In this document: positions 5,600 to 13,230 of the stretch, one piece after another | Numbering within the stretch: position 1 is the stretch's first letter | Layout of the letters: the number at the start of each line of letters is the position of its first letter | Source: Verrucomicrobiales bacterium | GTDB taxonomy: Bacteria > Verrucomicrobiota > Verrucomicrobiia > Verrucomicrobiales > V1-33 | Direction: 5' to 3' | Assembly: GCA_031411295.1 (NCBI GenBank) | Contig: JANOAV010000195.1 | Span: forward strand, 1-13,230 | DNA: 13,230 nt | Translations under genes and position numbers: made by a program | Notes under the pieces: generated by a model | The model's input: only the letters and a program-made list of their open reading frames with translations | What the model was told of the DNA's origin: nothing | Databases searched by the model: none

Positions 5600-7531
5600 T
5601 TACTGACTGGAAGCCACCGCGCTGGGCTCGGGATTGCGGAAGCCGCTTTTCACGAACTTGGTAATTTCCACGATGCGTTCTTTGGAACTGTTGGCGACAG
5701 GGCGCACTTCGACCATGATTTGGTCGGGCTTGTTCTTGCTGCTGCCGTAGAGGAATTTACGCAGGCGAATGCCATCCTCGCTCATGCGGGGAATGTAGCC
5801 GTTGCCCAGCGGTTCATTAGTGACGGGATCTTGCAGATAGACGCAGAGGTGGGTGTTCTCTTTGAACTGGGAATCGTTGTAATATTTGTCCACGCAAGCG
5901 GTCACTCGGAGCAATTGGGGCGTGAATTTCTTGTCTGGTTTGGCGTTGATGATATCGTGCCAGTCGGTGGGGGAATAGGCCACGCTGGATTCCCATTCGA
6001 TCTTGGGACCGCCGGGGAGATACTCCACGAAGAACGTCATCTGACGGCCATCGGAAAGCTCCGCCAGCACGTTGCTCCGACGTTGCTTCAGGTCCTGACT
6101 TTGATAGTAACCAGGCGTGCTGCAATGCATTTTGGCCACGGTCAAGGGTTGATCATTGTTGCCCCGGCTAAAATAGTCTTTCATCAGCGGGGTCACGCGC
6201 TCTGGTTCACGGACAAATTGAATCTTCTTGTCCAGGCCATCTGCTTCCAAATAGCTCTTCACGAGTTGTTTGGCGGATTCCTGAATGGCAAAGGGATCTT
6301 CTTTCTTCAGGTCAGGCTCGTTGGGATCGGTCGGCATGGCCTCCGCCTTGTGCAGGGCCTGATTCTCCAGCACGGTTGGCTGTTTGGAGAGATGGGTTAG
6401 GGCCACGCCTCCGCCGACGAGGTTGGCGGCGGCACTGCCGATGATAGCCGCATGGACTTCTGGGAGTGGGATCCCCATGAAACGGGGACGACTGGCGGCG
6501 GGCAAGGCGAAGCGGTCGGCATGGAGAAAGGCCTCGATGTGGTTTTCGTAATTGTAAGCCCCACGTTGATGTCTGGGATGTGGCGCGCGGATGGCGCTGG
6601 CGCACTGCGGGCAACGGGTTTTTTGCCCAGCGAGTCGCTTCACCATGGAAATGGTGTGATTGCAGGCGGGACAGCAAAATTTGATACGACTATTGGAGAC
6701 CAGCGGAGCGGCCTCACTCTTCATGGGAACTTCTTCGATGGGCGCATCGGAACGTGGCGTGTGGTTCTTCACGGCCAGCCCGTCCGCTTCCAGCCAGCCG
6801 TGCAGATCTGCCTGCACGGAATTTTGGAAGTTCTTTTTCGGACTTGGGAGCTGCGTTTTGGTGGCCTTTCGGAAGATACTGGCAGGAGTCAGTGGAGTCG
6901 GTGCCGCAGCTTCAACGGGTCGGACGGTTTCGGCCAAGAACTCCTTGGCGGCGGAAACATGTCGGGGCGTCAACGGGACTTCAGGCGCAGATCTCCCTTC
7001 CTTCATCGTTGCGGCAGCAGCCTTGGAGCGTTGTATTTTTGGGGAAGATGGGGCCGCTTCGGGAGCCTCCTCGCTTGAGGGAGCGATGATGCGGCCGATC
7101 TCCTGAGGAGTGACTGTTGCTAAAGCGGAGGCATTGGTCTCGAACGGATCAGACTCGACCGGATTCGCCAACGGGTCGGAAATTTTATGCTTTTTCGGTG
7201 GTGGCAGCACGGTGGCTCCCAGTTGAGCGCTCGGGGCGGGCGGTGCTTGGTCGAGCACCTGTTTCGCCAGTTCTTTGCGCTCGGCGCGGGCAGGACGGGG
7301 GGTCATTTCCAAGGGGGGCGCTACCGCAGCTTTCTTCACTCGGGCCAGCACATCGTCCACTCCAGAATCAGGTTTAGATGAGGTAAGTAATACAGGCTCA
7401 GTAGCTTGTGGGATGTTTTTACGACGCGTCGGTAGAACCACTTTCGGTGGCGCGGCCTGAACTGGCGGGGTGTTGTTAGCGGATTCAGCGGCCACGGGGC
7501 GCACTAAGGTGAAAGGAGATTTATCGCTCAT
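5600..7531 (-). CDS. Hypothetical single-pass membrane protein with a long Pro/Ala-rich region, a Zn-ribbon and a C-terminal extracytoplasmic domain
   Basis: 643-aa ORF with CPAC-x15-CPQC, hydrophobic segment AAIIGSAAANLVGGGVAL, and globular C-terminus containing FVREPERV and PKIEWESSVAY. Confidence 0.8.
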   Translation of the reverse strand: MSDKSPFTLVRPVAAESANNTPPVQAAPPKVVLPTRRKNIPQATEPVLLTSSKPDSGVDDVLARVKKAAVAPPLEMTPRPARAERKELAKQVLDQAPPAPSAQLGATVLPPPKKHKISDPLANPVESDPFETNASALATVTPQEIGRIIAPSSEEAPEAAPSSPKIQRSKAAAATMKEGRSAPEVPLTPRHVSAAKEFLAETVRPVEAAAPTPLTPASIFRKATKTQLPSPKKNFQNSVQADLHGWLEADGLAVKNHTPRSDAPIEEVPMKSEAAPLVSNSRIKFCCPACNHTISMVKRLAGQKTRCPQCASAIRAPHPRHQRGAYNYENHIEAFLHADRFALPAASRPRFMGIPLPEVHAAIIGSAAANLVGGGVALTHLSKQPTVLENQALHKAEAMPTDPNEPDLKKEDPFAIQESAKQLVKSYLEADGLDKKIQFVREPERVTPLMKDYFSRGNNDQPLTVAKMHCSTPGYYQSQDLKQRRSNVLAELSDGRQMTFFVEYLPGGPKIEWESSVAYSPTDWHDIINAKPDKKFTPQLLRVTACVDKYYNDSQFKENTHLCVYLQDPVTNEPLGNGYIPRMSEDGIRLRKFLYGSSKNKPDQIMVEVRPVANSSKERIVEITKFVKSGFRNPEPSAVASSQ

Positions 7532-7814
7532 AATTGGTCGGTTGTAAGCAGGTTGGGATTGATTTCGCAGCGGTCATTAGGAGTGCCAAAAAATCAATTT
7601 ATAAAGAAATTTAACACAACTTCAGCAAAACGCCAAAACTTTTTATAATTTTCCGATGATTTTTGAAAATTCACTTCGTCAAGGAATGTTCGGAGTGGGA
7701 CTTGCCGAGTCAGAATCCAGTGCTAAAAAGCCTTCCTCCACCGGCTCTATCACAAGTCGCTAGGACCATTTTCCTGTTTTACGACCCCTCATACCACCCC
7801 AATTCACATTACCT
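7532..7814. promoter_or_regulatory. AT-rich divergent promoter region between the 643-aa gene and mdh
   Basis: GC drops sharply at about 7585-7680. A candidate plus-strand TTGCCG-N16-TAAAAA with an extended -10 TG lies at 7702-7729. Confidence 0.45.
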
Positions 7815-8801
7815 ATGAAATCCCCCATTCGCATCGCCATTACTGGAGCCGCTGGCCAAATCGGCTACTCTTTACTTCCTCGGATTGCTTCCGGAGCTGT
7901 TTTCGGAGCCGATCAGCCAGTCATTCTGCAACTGATTGAAATTACGCCAGGACTGAAGGCGTTGGGCGGGGTGGTCATGGAATTGGATGACTGTGCGTTT
8001 CCGCTCCTGAAGGAAGTGGTGGCCACCGACGATCTCACCGAAGGATTCCGCGGGGTGAATTGGGCCATTCTGGTGGGCAGCGTGCCCCGGAAGGCTGGGA
8101 TGGAGCGTAAGGATTTGCTGGGTATTAATGGCAAAATCTTTACCGGTCAGGGGCAGGCCATCCAGGCGCACGCCGCCAGCGATGTCCGCGTGCTAGTGGT
8201 AGGGAATCCTTGTAACACGAACTGCCTCATCGCCATGAGCAATGCCCCGGAGGTTCCGAAAAACCGCTGGTTCGCGATGACCCGCCTTGATGAGAATCGG
8301 GCGAAATTCCAGCTCGCCAAGAAGGCTGGGGCACACGTCAGCGACGTTTCCAACCTCTGCATTTGGGGGAACCATAGTTCTACGCAATACCCTGACTTCA
8401 CCAACGCCAAGATCAAAGGTGAGGCCGCAGCCAGTGTGATCAACGATGAGGCTTGGCTCAAGGGCGACTTCATCAAAACGGTGCAACAACGCGGTGCGGC
8501 CATCATTGAAGCGCGCGGACTTTCCTCGGCTGCCAGTGCCGCGAATGCCGCCATCGACTCCATCACCAGTATTATCACTCCCACCAAGCCGGGGGACTGG
8601 CACAGCCTGTGCGTGCCTTCCGATGGTTCGTATGGCATTGCTCCGGGGCTGATCTTCGGTTTCCCCATGCGTTCCGACGGCACCAATGTGGAAATGGTGC
8701 AAGGCTTGGAAATGGACGCTTTCAGCAAAGAGAAAATTGCCGCCACCGAAGCCGAATTGCGCGAAGAACGCGAAGCGGTGCAGGAATTGATCCCGGCCTA
8801 A
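7815..8801 (+). CDS. mdh: Malate dehydrogenase (NAD-dependent, MDH type 2)
   Basis: 328 aa with [62 protein letters not shown] and SSAASAA. Confidence 0.98.
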   Translation: MKSPIRIAITGAAGQIGYSLLPRIASGAVFGADQPVILQLIEITPGLKALGGVVMELDDCAFPLLKEVVATDDLTEGFRGVNWAILVGSVPRKAGMERKDLLGINGKIFTGQGQAIQAHAASDVRVLVVGNPCNTNCLIAMSNAPEVPKNRWFAMTRLDENRAKFQLAKKAGAHVSDVSNLCIWGNHSSTQYPDFTNAKIKGEAAASVINDEAWLKGDFIKTVQQRGAAIIEARGLSSAASAANAAIDSITSIITPTKPGDWHSLCVPSDGSYGIAPGLIFGFPMRSDGTNVEMVQGLEMDAFSKEKIAATEAELREEREAVQELIPA

Positions 8802-8818
8802 AGTTTGCTCCCTCCAGT

Positions 8819-9604
8819 ATGATCCTCCAGCCCGTCGAAACCTTCGTCCTCCCGACCCCGGCGGGCCCCATGAATACCCAGGTCTTCCGCCCAGCGGCGG
8901 AAGGCCGATTCCCGGGAATCGTGCTGTTTTCTGAGATTTTCCAAATCACGGCTCCGATCGCAAGGACGGCAGCATTTCTGGCAGGGCATGGATTCGTCGT
9001 GGCCGTGCCGGAAATTTTCCATGAACTGGAGGAGCCCGGCTGCGTGCTCGCCTACGATCAGGCCGGGGCGGATCGAGGGAATCAGGACAAGATTACCAAG
9101 ACAGTGCAAAGTTACGATGACGATGCTCGGGCGGTCATTGATCTACTGCTAGCACATCCAGGTTGTGACGGTAACATCGGAACTCTCGGCATTTGCATCG
9201 GCGGGCATTTGGCGTTCCGCTGCGCCATGAATCCCCCAATCAAAGCTGGGGTATGTTTCTACGCCACGGACATCCACAAAGGCAGCCTGGGGGAAGGGAT
9301 GAAAGATAATACCTTGGCTCGCGTCCCTGAGATTAAGGCCGAAATGATGATGATCTTTGGCCGCCAGGATCCCCACGTGCCTCGCGAGGGGCGGAGGATC
9401 GTGTATGACGCCATGAGCGATGCTGGGTTAAACTTCACCTGGCACGAATACAATGGCCAGCACGCATTCCTGCGGGACGAAGGCCATCGCTATGATCCAG
9501 AAGTGGGTCACGAATGCCTGAGCCAAGCGGTGGCTCTGTTCCGCCGCTGCCTCCGGGGCGGTGCCGGGCCAGCGGTGAATGCAGGGGTGATGTCGAAGCA
9601 CTAG
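8819..9604 (+). CDS. Dienelactone hydrolase family protein
   Basis: SEIFQIT, nucleophile motif GICIGG, GRQDPHVP and HAFLRD give a Cys-Asp-His triad. Start moved to ATG 8819, 17 bp after the mdh stop. Confidence 0.93.
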   Translation: MILQPVETFVLPTPAGPMNTQVFRPAAEGRFPGIVLFSEIFQITAPIARTAAFLAGHGFVVAVPEIFHELEEPGCVLAYDQAGADRGNQDKITKTVQSYDDDARAVIDLLLAHPGCDGNIGTLGICIGGHLAFRCAMNPPIKAGVCFYATDIHKGSLGEGMKDNTLARVPEIKAEMMMIFGRQDPHVPREGRRIVYDAMSDAGLNFTWHEYNGQHAFLRDEGHRYDPEVGHECLSQAVALFRRCLRGGAGPAVNAGVMSKH

Positions 9605-9679
9605 GGTGGGGGATTCAGGGAAGGAGGAGGGCGAGGAAAAATGCTTGAAGGCTTCTCATGCGGCACCTAATAACTCCCC

Positions 9680-10336
9680 ATGCGATTTTTTGCCATCGGA
9701 GATATTCACGGCTGCTTGACTGCCCTGCAGCGTTTAGACCAAGAAATCCAGTTTTGTGCTGATGATACGGTCGTGACTCTTGGTGATTATGTGGACCGCG
9801 GCCCGGACTCTTGCGGTGTGATCGACTATCTCATTTCACTCCGGTCTCGTTGTCACTTGGTGACTTTGCGGGGAAATCATGAAATCATGATGATGCGCGC
9901 CAAGGAGGATCGCTCAGTCCTCTTTGATTGGCTGGCCTGCGGTGGTCATGAGACGCTCACTTCTTATAGTTCCGACTCTTTTGCTGGCATCCCTCAAAGT
10001 CACTGGGACTTCCTGGACGAGACCATTAGGTTCCATGAGGAGGCGCATGATTTTTATGTTCATGCCAATGCTTACCCGGATTTCGCGTTATCCGATCAAC
10101 CGGATTACATGTTGTTCTGGGAACGTTTTGGGGATCCCTCCCCACATTTCTCCGGCCGTCGAATGATCTGTGGGCACTCCGCGCAGAGAAACGGCCGACC
10201 ACTGGATGTGGGGCACTCCCTCTGCATTGATACCTGGGCGCATGGTGGCGGGTGGCTAACCTGTCTTGACGTGCGCAGCGGAATCTACTGGCAGGCGAAC
10301 CAGCAGGGGAGCCTGCGGATGGATCGACTTGATTGA
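9680..10336 (+). CDS. PPP-family (PphA/lambda-like) Ser/Thr metallophosphatase
   Basis: 218 aa with motifs GDIHG, GDYVDRGPDS, LRGNHE, VHA, CGHS and IDT. Confidence 0.93.
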   Translation: MRFFAIGDIHGCLTALQRLDQEIQFCADDTVVTLGDYVDRGPDSCGVIDYLISLRSRCHLVTLRGNHEIMMMRAKEDRSVLFDWLACGGHETLTSYSSDSFAGIPQSHWDFLDETIRFHEEAHDFYVHANAYPDFALSDQPDYMLFWERFGDPSPHFSGRRMICGHSAQRNGRPLDVGHSLCIDTWAHGGGWLTCLDVRSGIYWQANQQGSLRMDRLD

Positions 10337-10372
10337 AAGAGACTGACATCTGCACCCGAAAGTGGCGTTTGG

Positions 10373-10537
10373 GGTGGAGCGAGGCTGTGTCCGAGCCAGT
10401 CGTGACCCTAGACTCAAGAGTTCGGAAGCCGCTTAGCCAGCGCTGCTCAGCCCTGCGCTAGTCGTGCCTCGCTAGGAAAGCTGGGCGTCATCCTGAGTCA
10501 CCAATCACGACTGGCTCGGACACAGCCTCGCTCCACC
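10373..10537. repeat. REPIN/MITE-like element with perfect 33-bp terminal inverted repeats
   Basis: GGTGGAGCGAGGCTGTGTCCGAGCCAGTCGTGA (10373-10405) and its exact reverse complement (10505-10537) lie between convergent genes. Confidence 0.85.
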
Positions 10538-10586
10538 GCTAGGGCCGCCTGCGGTAGTTATCGGCATTGCAACAGCCGCTTTTGGG

Positions 10587-11831
10587 CTAAATAATCATCC
10601 CGGCCGCCACGGTTTCATTCGTGCCTTCATCTACGAGGATGAAGCTGCCGGTGATCCGATTTTTGCTGTAGCTGTCGTAGATGAGCGGGGTGCTGGTTCG
10701 CAGGGTAATGCGACCGATGTCGTTCATGTTGAAGCTGAGGTCGTCCTCTACTTTGTGCAGGGTGTTGATGTTGACCTTGTAGCGGACTTCCTTGATGGCG
10801 GCCTTGGCCTCGCGCGTGGTGTGGCGGATGAGGTATTTGCCGCGGGGTTGCAGCGGCTTTTCGCTGAACCAGCACACCATGGCTTCCAAATCCTGACCGT
10901 TGTTCGGCGGGTTGTTGGTTTTGACGATGGTGTCACCCCGACTGATGTCGATTTCATCTTCCAGCAAAAGGGAAACAGATAGTGGACTGAAGGCTTCCTC
11001 CAGTTCGCCATCGGCGGTGTGGATGGCTTTGATCTTGCTGGTGAAGCCGCTGGGCAGCACGATGATGTTGTCGCCCGGCTTGAAGACGCCGCCGGCCACG
11101 CGGCCCGCATATCCCCGGAAATCATGATAGGCATCGCTCTGCGGACGAATCACCGTTTGCACGGGGAAACGCGCTTCCACGTGGTTCTCGGTCGTGCCGA
11201 CGTAAACATTTTCCAGATGATAGAGCAGCGTGGGACCGCCATACCAAGGCATGTTGGTGGATTTATCGACCACGTTATCACCATGCAGCGCGCTGATGGG
11301 GATGAAGGTCACATCCACGAAATTATCCAACCGGCTCGCGAATTCCTTGAACTGACAGACGATTTCCTGATAGCGCTTCTCGCTGTATTCCACCATGTCC
11401 ATCTTATTGATGGCAACGACGACGTGCTGAATGCGGAGCAGGTTGGCGATGAAGGAATGGCGGCAGGTTTGCTCAATGACACCCTTCCGGGCATCGATGA
11501 GGATGATCGCCAGATTGGCCGTGGAGGCCCCTGTGACCATGTTCCGTGTGTATTGAATATGGCCCGGGGTGTCGGCAATGATGAATTTCCGCTGCGGGGT
11601 GGCGAAGTAACGGTAGGCGACATCAATGGTGATGCCTTGCTCGCGTTCGGCGCGCAGGCCATCAGTTAGGAGCGCCAAATCCATGTGCTCGTCGCCCCGG
11701 CGTTTGGAGAAACTTTCCACGGCTTCGATTTGGTCCTCGAAGGTATTTTTGGAATCATAGAGCAGACGGCCAATGAGAGTGGATTTGCCGTCATCGACGG
11801 AGCCAGCGGTGGTGAATCTTAGGAGGTCCAT
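10587..11831 (-). CDS. cysN: Sulfate adenylyltransferase subunit 1 (GTPase); no fused APS kinase domain
   Basis: 414 aa with GSVDDGKSTLIGRLL, EREQGITIDVAYRYF, DTPGHIQYTRNM, NKMD, ISAL and C-terminal GSFILVDxxTNETVAAGMI. Confidence 0.97.
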   Translation of the reverse strand: MDLLRFTTAGSVDDGKSTLIGRLLYDSKNTFEDQIEAVESFSKRRGDEHMDLALLTDGLRAEREQGITIDVAYRYFATPQRKFIIADTPGHIQYTRNMVTGASTANLAIILIDARKGVIEQTCRHSFIANLLRIQHVVVAINKMDMVEYSEKRYQEIVCQFKEFASRLDNFVDVTFIPISALHGDNVVDKSTNMPWYGGPTLLYHLENVYVGTTENHVEARFPVQTVIRPQSDAYHDFRGYAGRVAGGVFKPGDNIIVLPSGFTSKIKAIHTADGELEEAFSPLSVSLLLEDEIDISRGDTIVKTNNPPNNGQDLEAMVCWFSEKPLQPRGKYLIRHTTREAKAAIKEVRYKVNINTLHKVEDDLSFNMNDIGRITLRTSTPLIYDSYSKNRITGSFILVDEGTNETVAAGMII

Positions 11832-11832
11832 T

Positions 11833-11930
11833 TGAGAGAATGAGAGAGTGAGAGAATTAAAAAATGAGGAGTTAGGAAAGGGAGATTAGGGAAATGAAGA
11901 GCCTTATTTTTAAACTCTCTCACTCCCTTA
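11833..11930. repeat. Degenerate 8-mer tandem repeats arranged as an inverted pair between cysD and cysN
   Basis: TGAGAGAA-TGAGAGAG-TGAGAGAA...; the arms 11846-11869 and 11902-11925 are complementary at 21/24 positions. Confidence 0.7.
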
Positions 11931-11944
11931 CGATCTTAATTAGG

Positions 11945-12850
11945 TTAGAAGTATCCTTCCTTCTTGCGGTCCTCCATGGCGCTGTCGCTGCGTTTGTCAT
12001 CGGCCCGGGTGCCGCGTTCGGTTTGCCGAGCGGTGGCGACTTCGTCGATGATTTCATCAAGCGTGGCCGCGCTGGATTCCACGGCTCCGGTGCAAGTGGC
12101 ATCGCCAATGGTGCGGAAGCGGATGAGCTTGGTTTCCAGGACTTCGGTGGGCAGGCGGGTGATGAATTCGCTGTCGGCCAGCCACGTGCCGCCGCGGGCA
12201 AAGACGGGGCGTTCATGGGCGAAGTAGAGCGAGGGGAGGGGAATCGCCTGCTCTTTGATATACATCCAGATGTCCATTTCCGTCCAGTTGCTAAGCGGGA
12301 AGACGCGGAAGTGTTCTCCATGGTGCTTGCGACCGTTGAACAAATTCCACAGTTCCGGACGTTGATTTTTGGGATCCCATTGACCGAAGTCATTCCGGTG
12401 GCTGAAGAAACGTTCTTTAGCGCGCGCCTTTTCTTCATCGCGACGACCGCCGCCGAGGCAGCAATCGTATTTGCCTTCTTCAATGGCATTCAGGAGGGCG
12501 ACCGTCTGGATGCCGTTGCGGCTGGCGTTGTGCCCCTTTTCTTCCACGGCGGTGCCGTTGTCGATGCATTCCTGCACGCTGGCAACTTTCAAGGTCAGGC
12601 CGAGATCGGACACGAATTGATCCCGATACGTTAGCGTTTCCGCGAAGTTATGTCCCGTGTCCACATGCAGCAGCGGAAACGGCATTTTCGCTGGATGAAA
12701 TGCCTTCCGCGCCAGCCATGCCATGACGATGGAGTCTTTCCCACCGCTGAAAAGGAGGGCAGTCTTTTGAAATTGAGCGGCGGCTTCCCGAAGCACGAAA
12801 ATGGCTTCGGACTCGAGTTGTTGGAGGTGGCTGATGTTGTAGTTGGCCAT
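11945..12850 (-). CDS. cysD: Sulfate adenylyltransferase subunit 2
   Basis: From ATG 12850 (301 aa): HLQQLESEA, LFSGGKDS, HVDTGHNF, GGGRRDEEKARAKER, WDPKNQRPELW, RVFPLSNWTE, RFRT, MEDRKKEGYF. Confidence 0.97.
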   Translation of the reverse strand: MANYNISHLQQLESEAIFVLREAAAQFQKTALLFSGGKDSIVMAWLARKAFHPAKMPFPLLHVDTGHNFAETLTYRDQFVSDLGLTLKVASVQECIDNGTAVEEKGHNASRNGIQTVALLNAIEEGKYDCCLGGGRRDEEKARAKERFFSHRNDFGQWDPKNQRPELWNLFNGRKHHGEHFRVFPLSNWTEMDIWMYIKEQAIPLPSLYFAHERPVFARGGTWLADSEFITRLPTEVLETKLIRFRTIGDATCTGAVESSAATLDEIIDEVATARQTERGTRADDKRSDSAMEDRKKEGYF

Positions 12851-12876
12851 GGTGTTGTTGGTATTTGGAAAAAGAG

Positions 12877-13019
12877 GTGGCGCGGGCTTGCAGCCCGCAA
12901 GCCTAGGTTCAAATGAGAGGAACGGAGAGGCGAGGATAGACAAGGGAGGTCTTGCCCAAACTTTATGATTTATTGGGGTAGGGGAGGTCCTCGGCTTGCG
13001 GGCTGGAAGCCCCCGCCAC
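12877..13019. repeat. Inverted REP doublet upstream of cysD
   Basis: GTGGCGCGGGCTTGCAGCCCGCAAGCCTAGG (12877-12907) matches the reverse complement of 12989-13019 at 28/31. Each arm starts with GTGG and carries an internal hairpin. Confidence 0.8.
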
Positions 13020-13230
13020 ATCATTCCCCTTATTTCCGATAGGATTAGTAGGGAATTCAATTCGCGCAAGGAAATAATCGCAGATTTTGCAGGTTTTCTT
13101 GAGTTAGAGCAGGGTAGGGGAGGCTTGGTCTCGTTGGGGAGAAATCTCTCTTGCGTTAGGTTCTCGCAGGATGTTGTTTCGGCAAACATCGCCCCTGGAG
13201 CTCCCGCCGTTTTCATTGAAACATGTCCCA

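Noticed and set aside
8609..8818. 70-aa N-terminal extension of the dienelactone hydrolase
   Set aside because: It overlaps the 3' end of mdh; family-like sequence starts at ATG 8819.
10587..11831. CysN lacking an APS kinase domain as a novelty
   Set aside because: Stand-alone CysN is common, and the C-terminus is the normal complete end.
12851..13216. 122-aa N-terminal extension of CysD
   Set aside because: It translates the REP doublet (the GLxARKPR-like repeats); CysD homology starts at MANYNISHL.
13100..13230. Possible gene start or end at the right edge
   Set aside because: Short open frames exist on both strands but none has a recognisable motif; more sequence is needed.

Overview
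This is a GC-rich bacterial chromosomal window, probably from Verrucomicrobiota (inferred from protein style and REP-like repeats, not proven). The right two-thirds is mostly housekeeping: a putative lipoprotein, a Zn-ribbon membrane protein, mdh, a dienelactone hydrolase, a PPP-family metallophosphatase and cysD-cysN, with several REP/REPIN-like palindromes in between. The left 4.4 kb is a co-oriented minus-strand accessory island that the ORF track largely misses. Read in the direction of transcription it runs: a 5' stub of an LRR-type gene, an RHH/PIN toxin-antitoxin pair, a second LRR stub, a UPF0175/DUF3368 toxin-antitoxin pair, a third LRR stub, a miniature copy of the first TA operon with deletions of 300 and 282 bp, and finally a long NLR-like gene (DUF4062/TIR-like, NB-ARC, near-identical 120-bp TPR repeats) that runs off the window edge. 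The alternation of repeated immune-receptor gene starts with TA cassettes ahead of an NLR-like gene is the main candidate for an undescribed variable defence locus. All family assignments come from motif recognition by eye; no searches were run.
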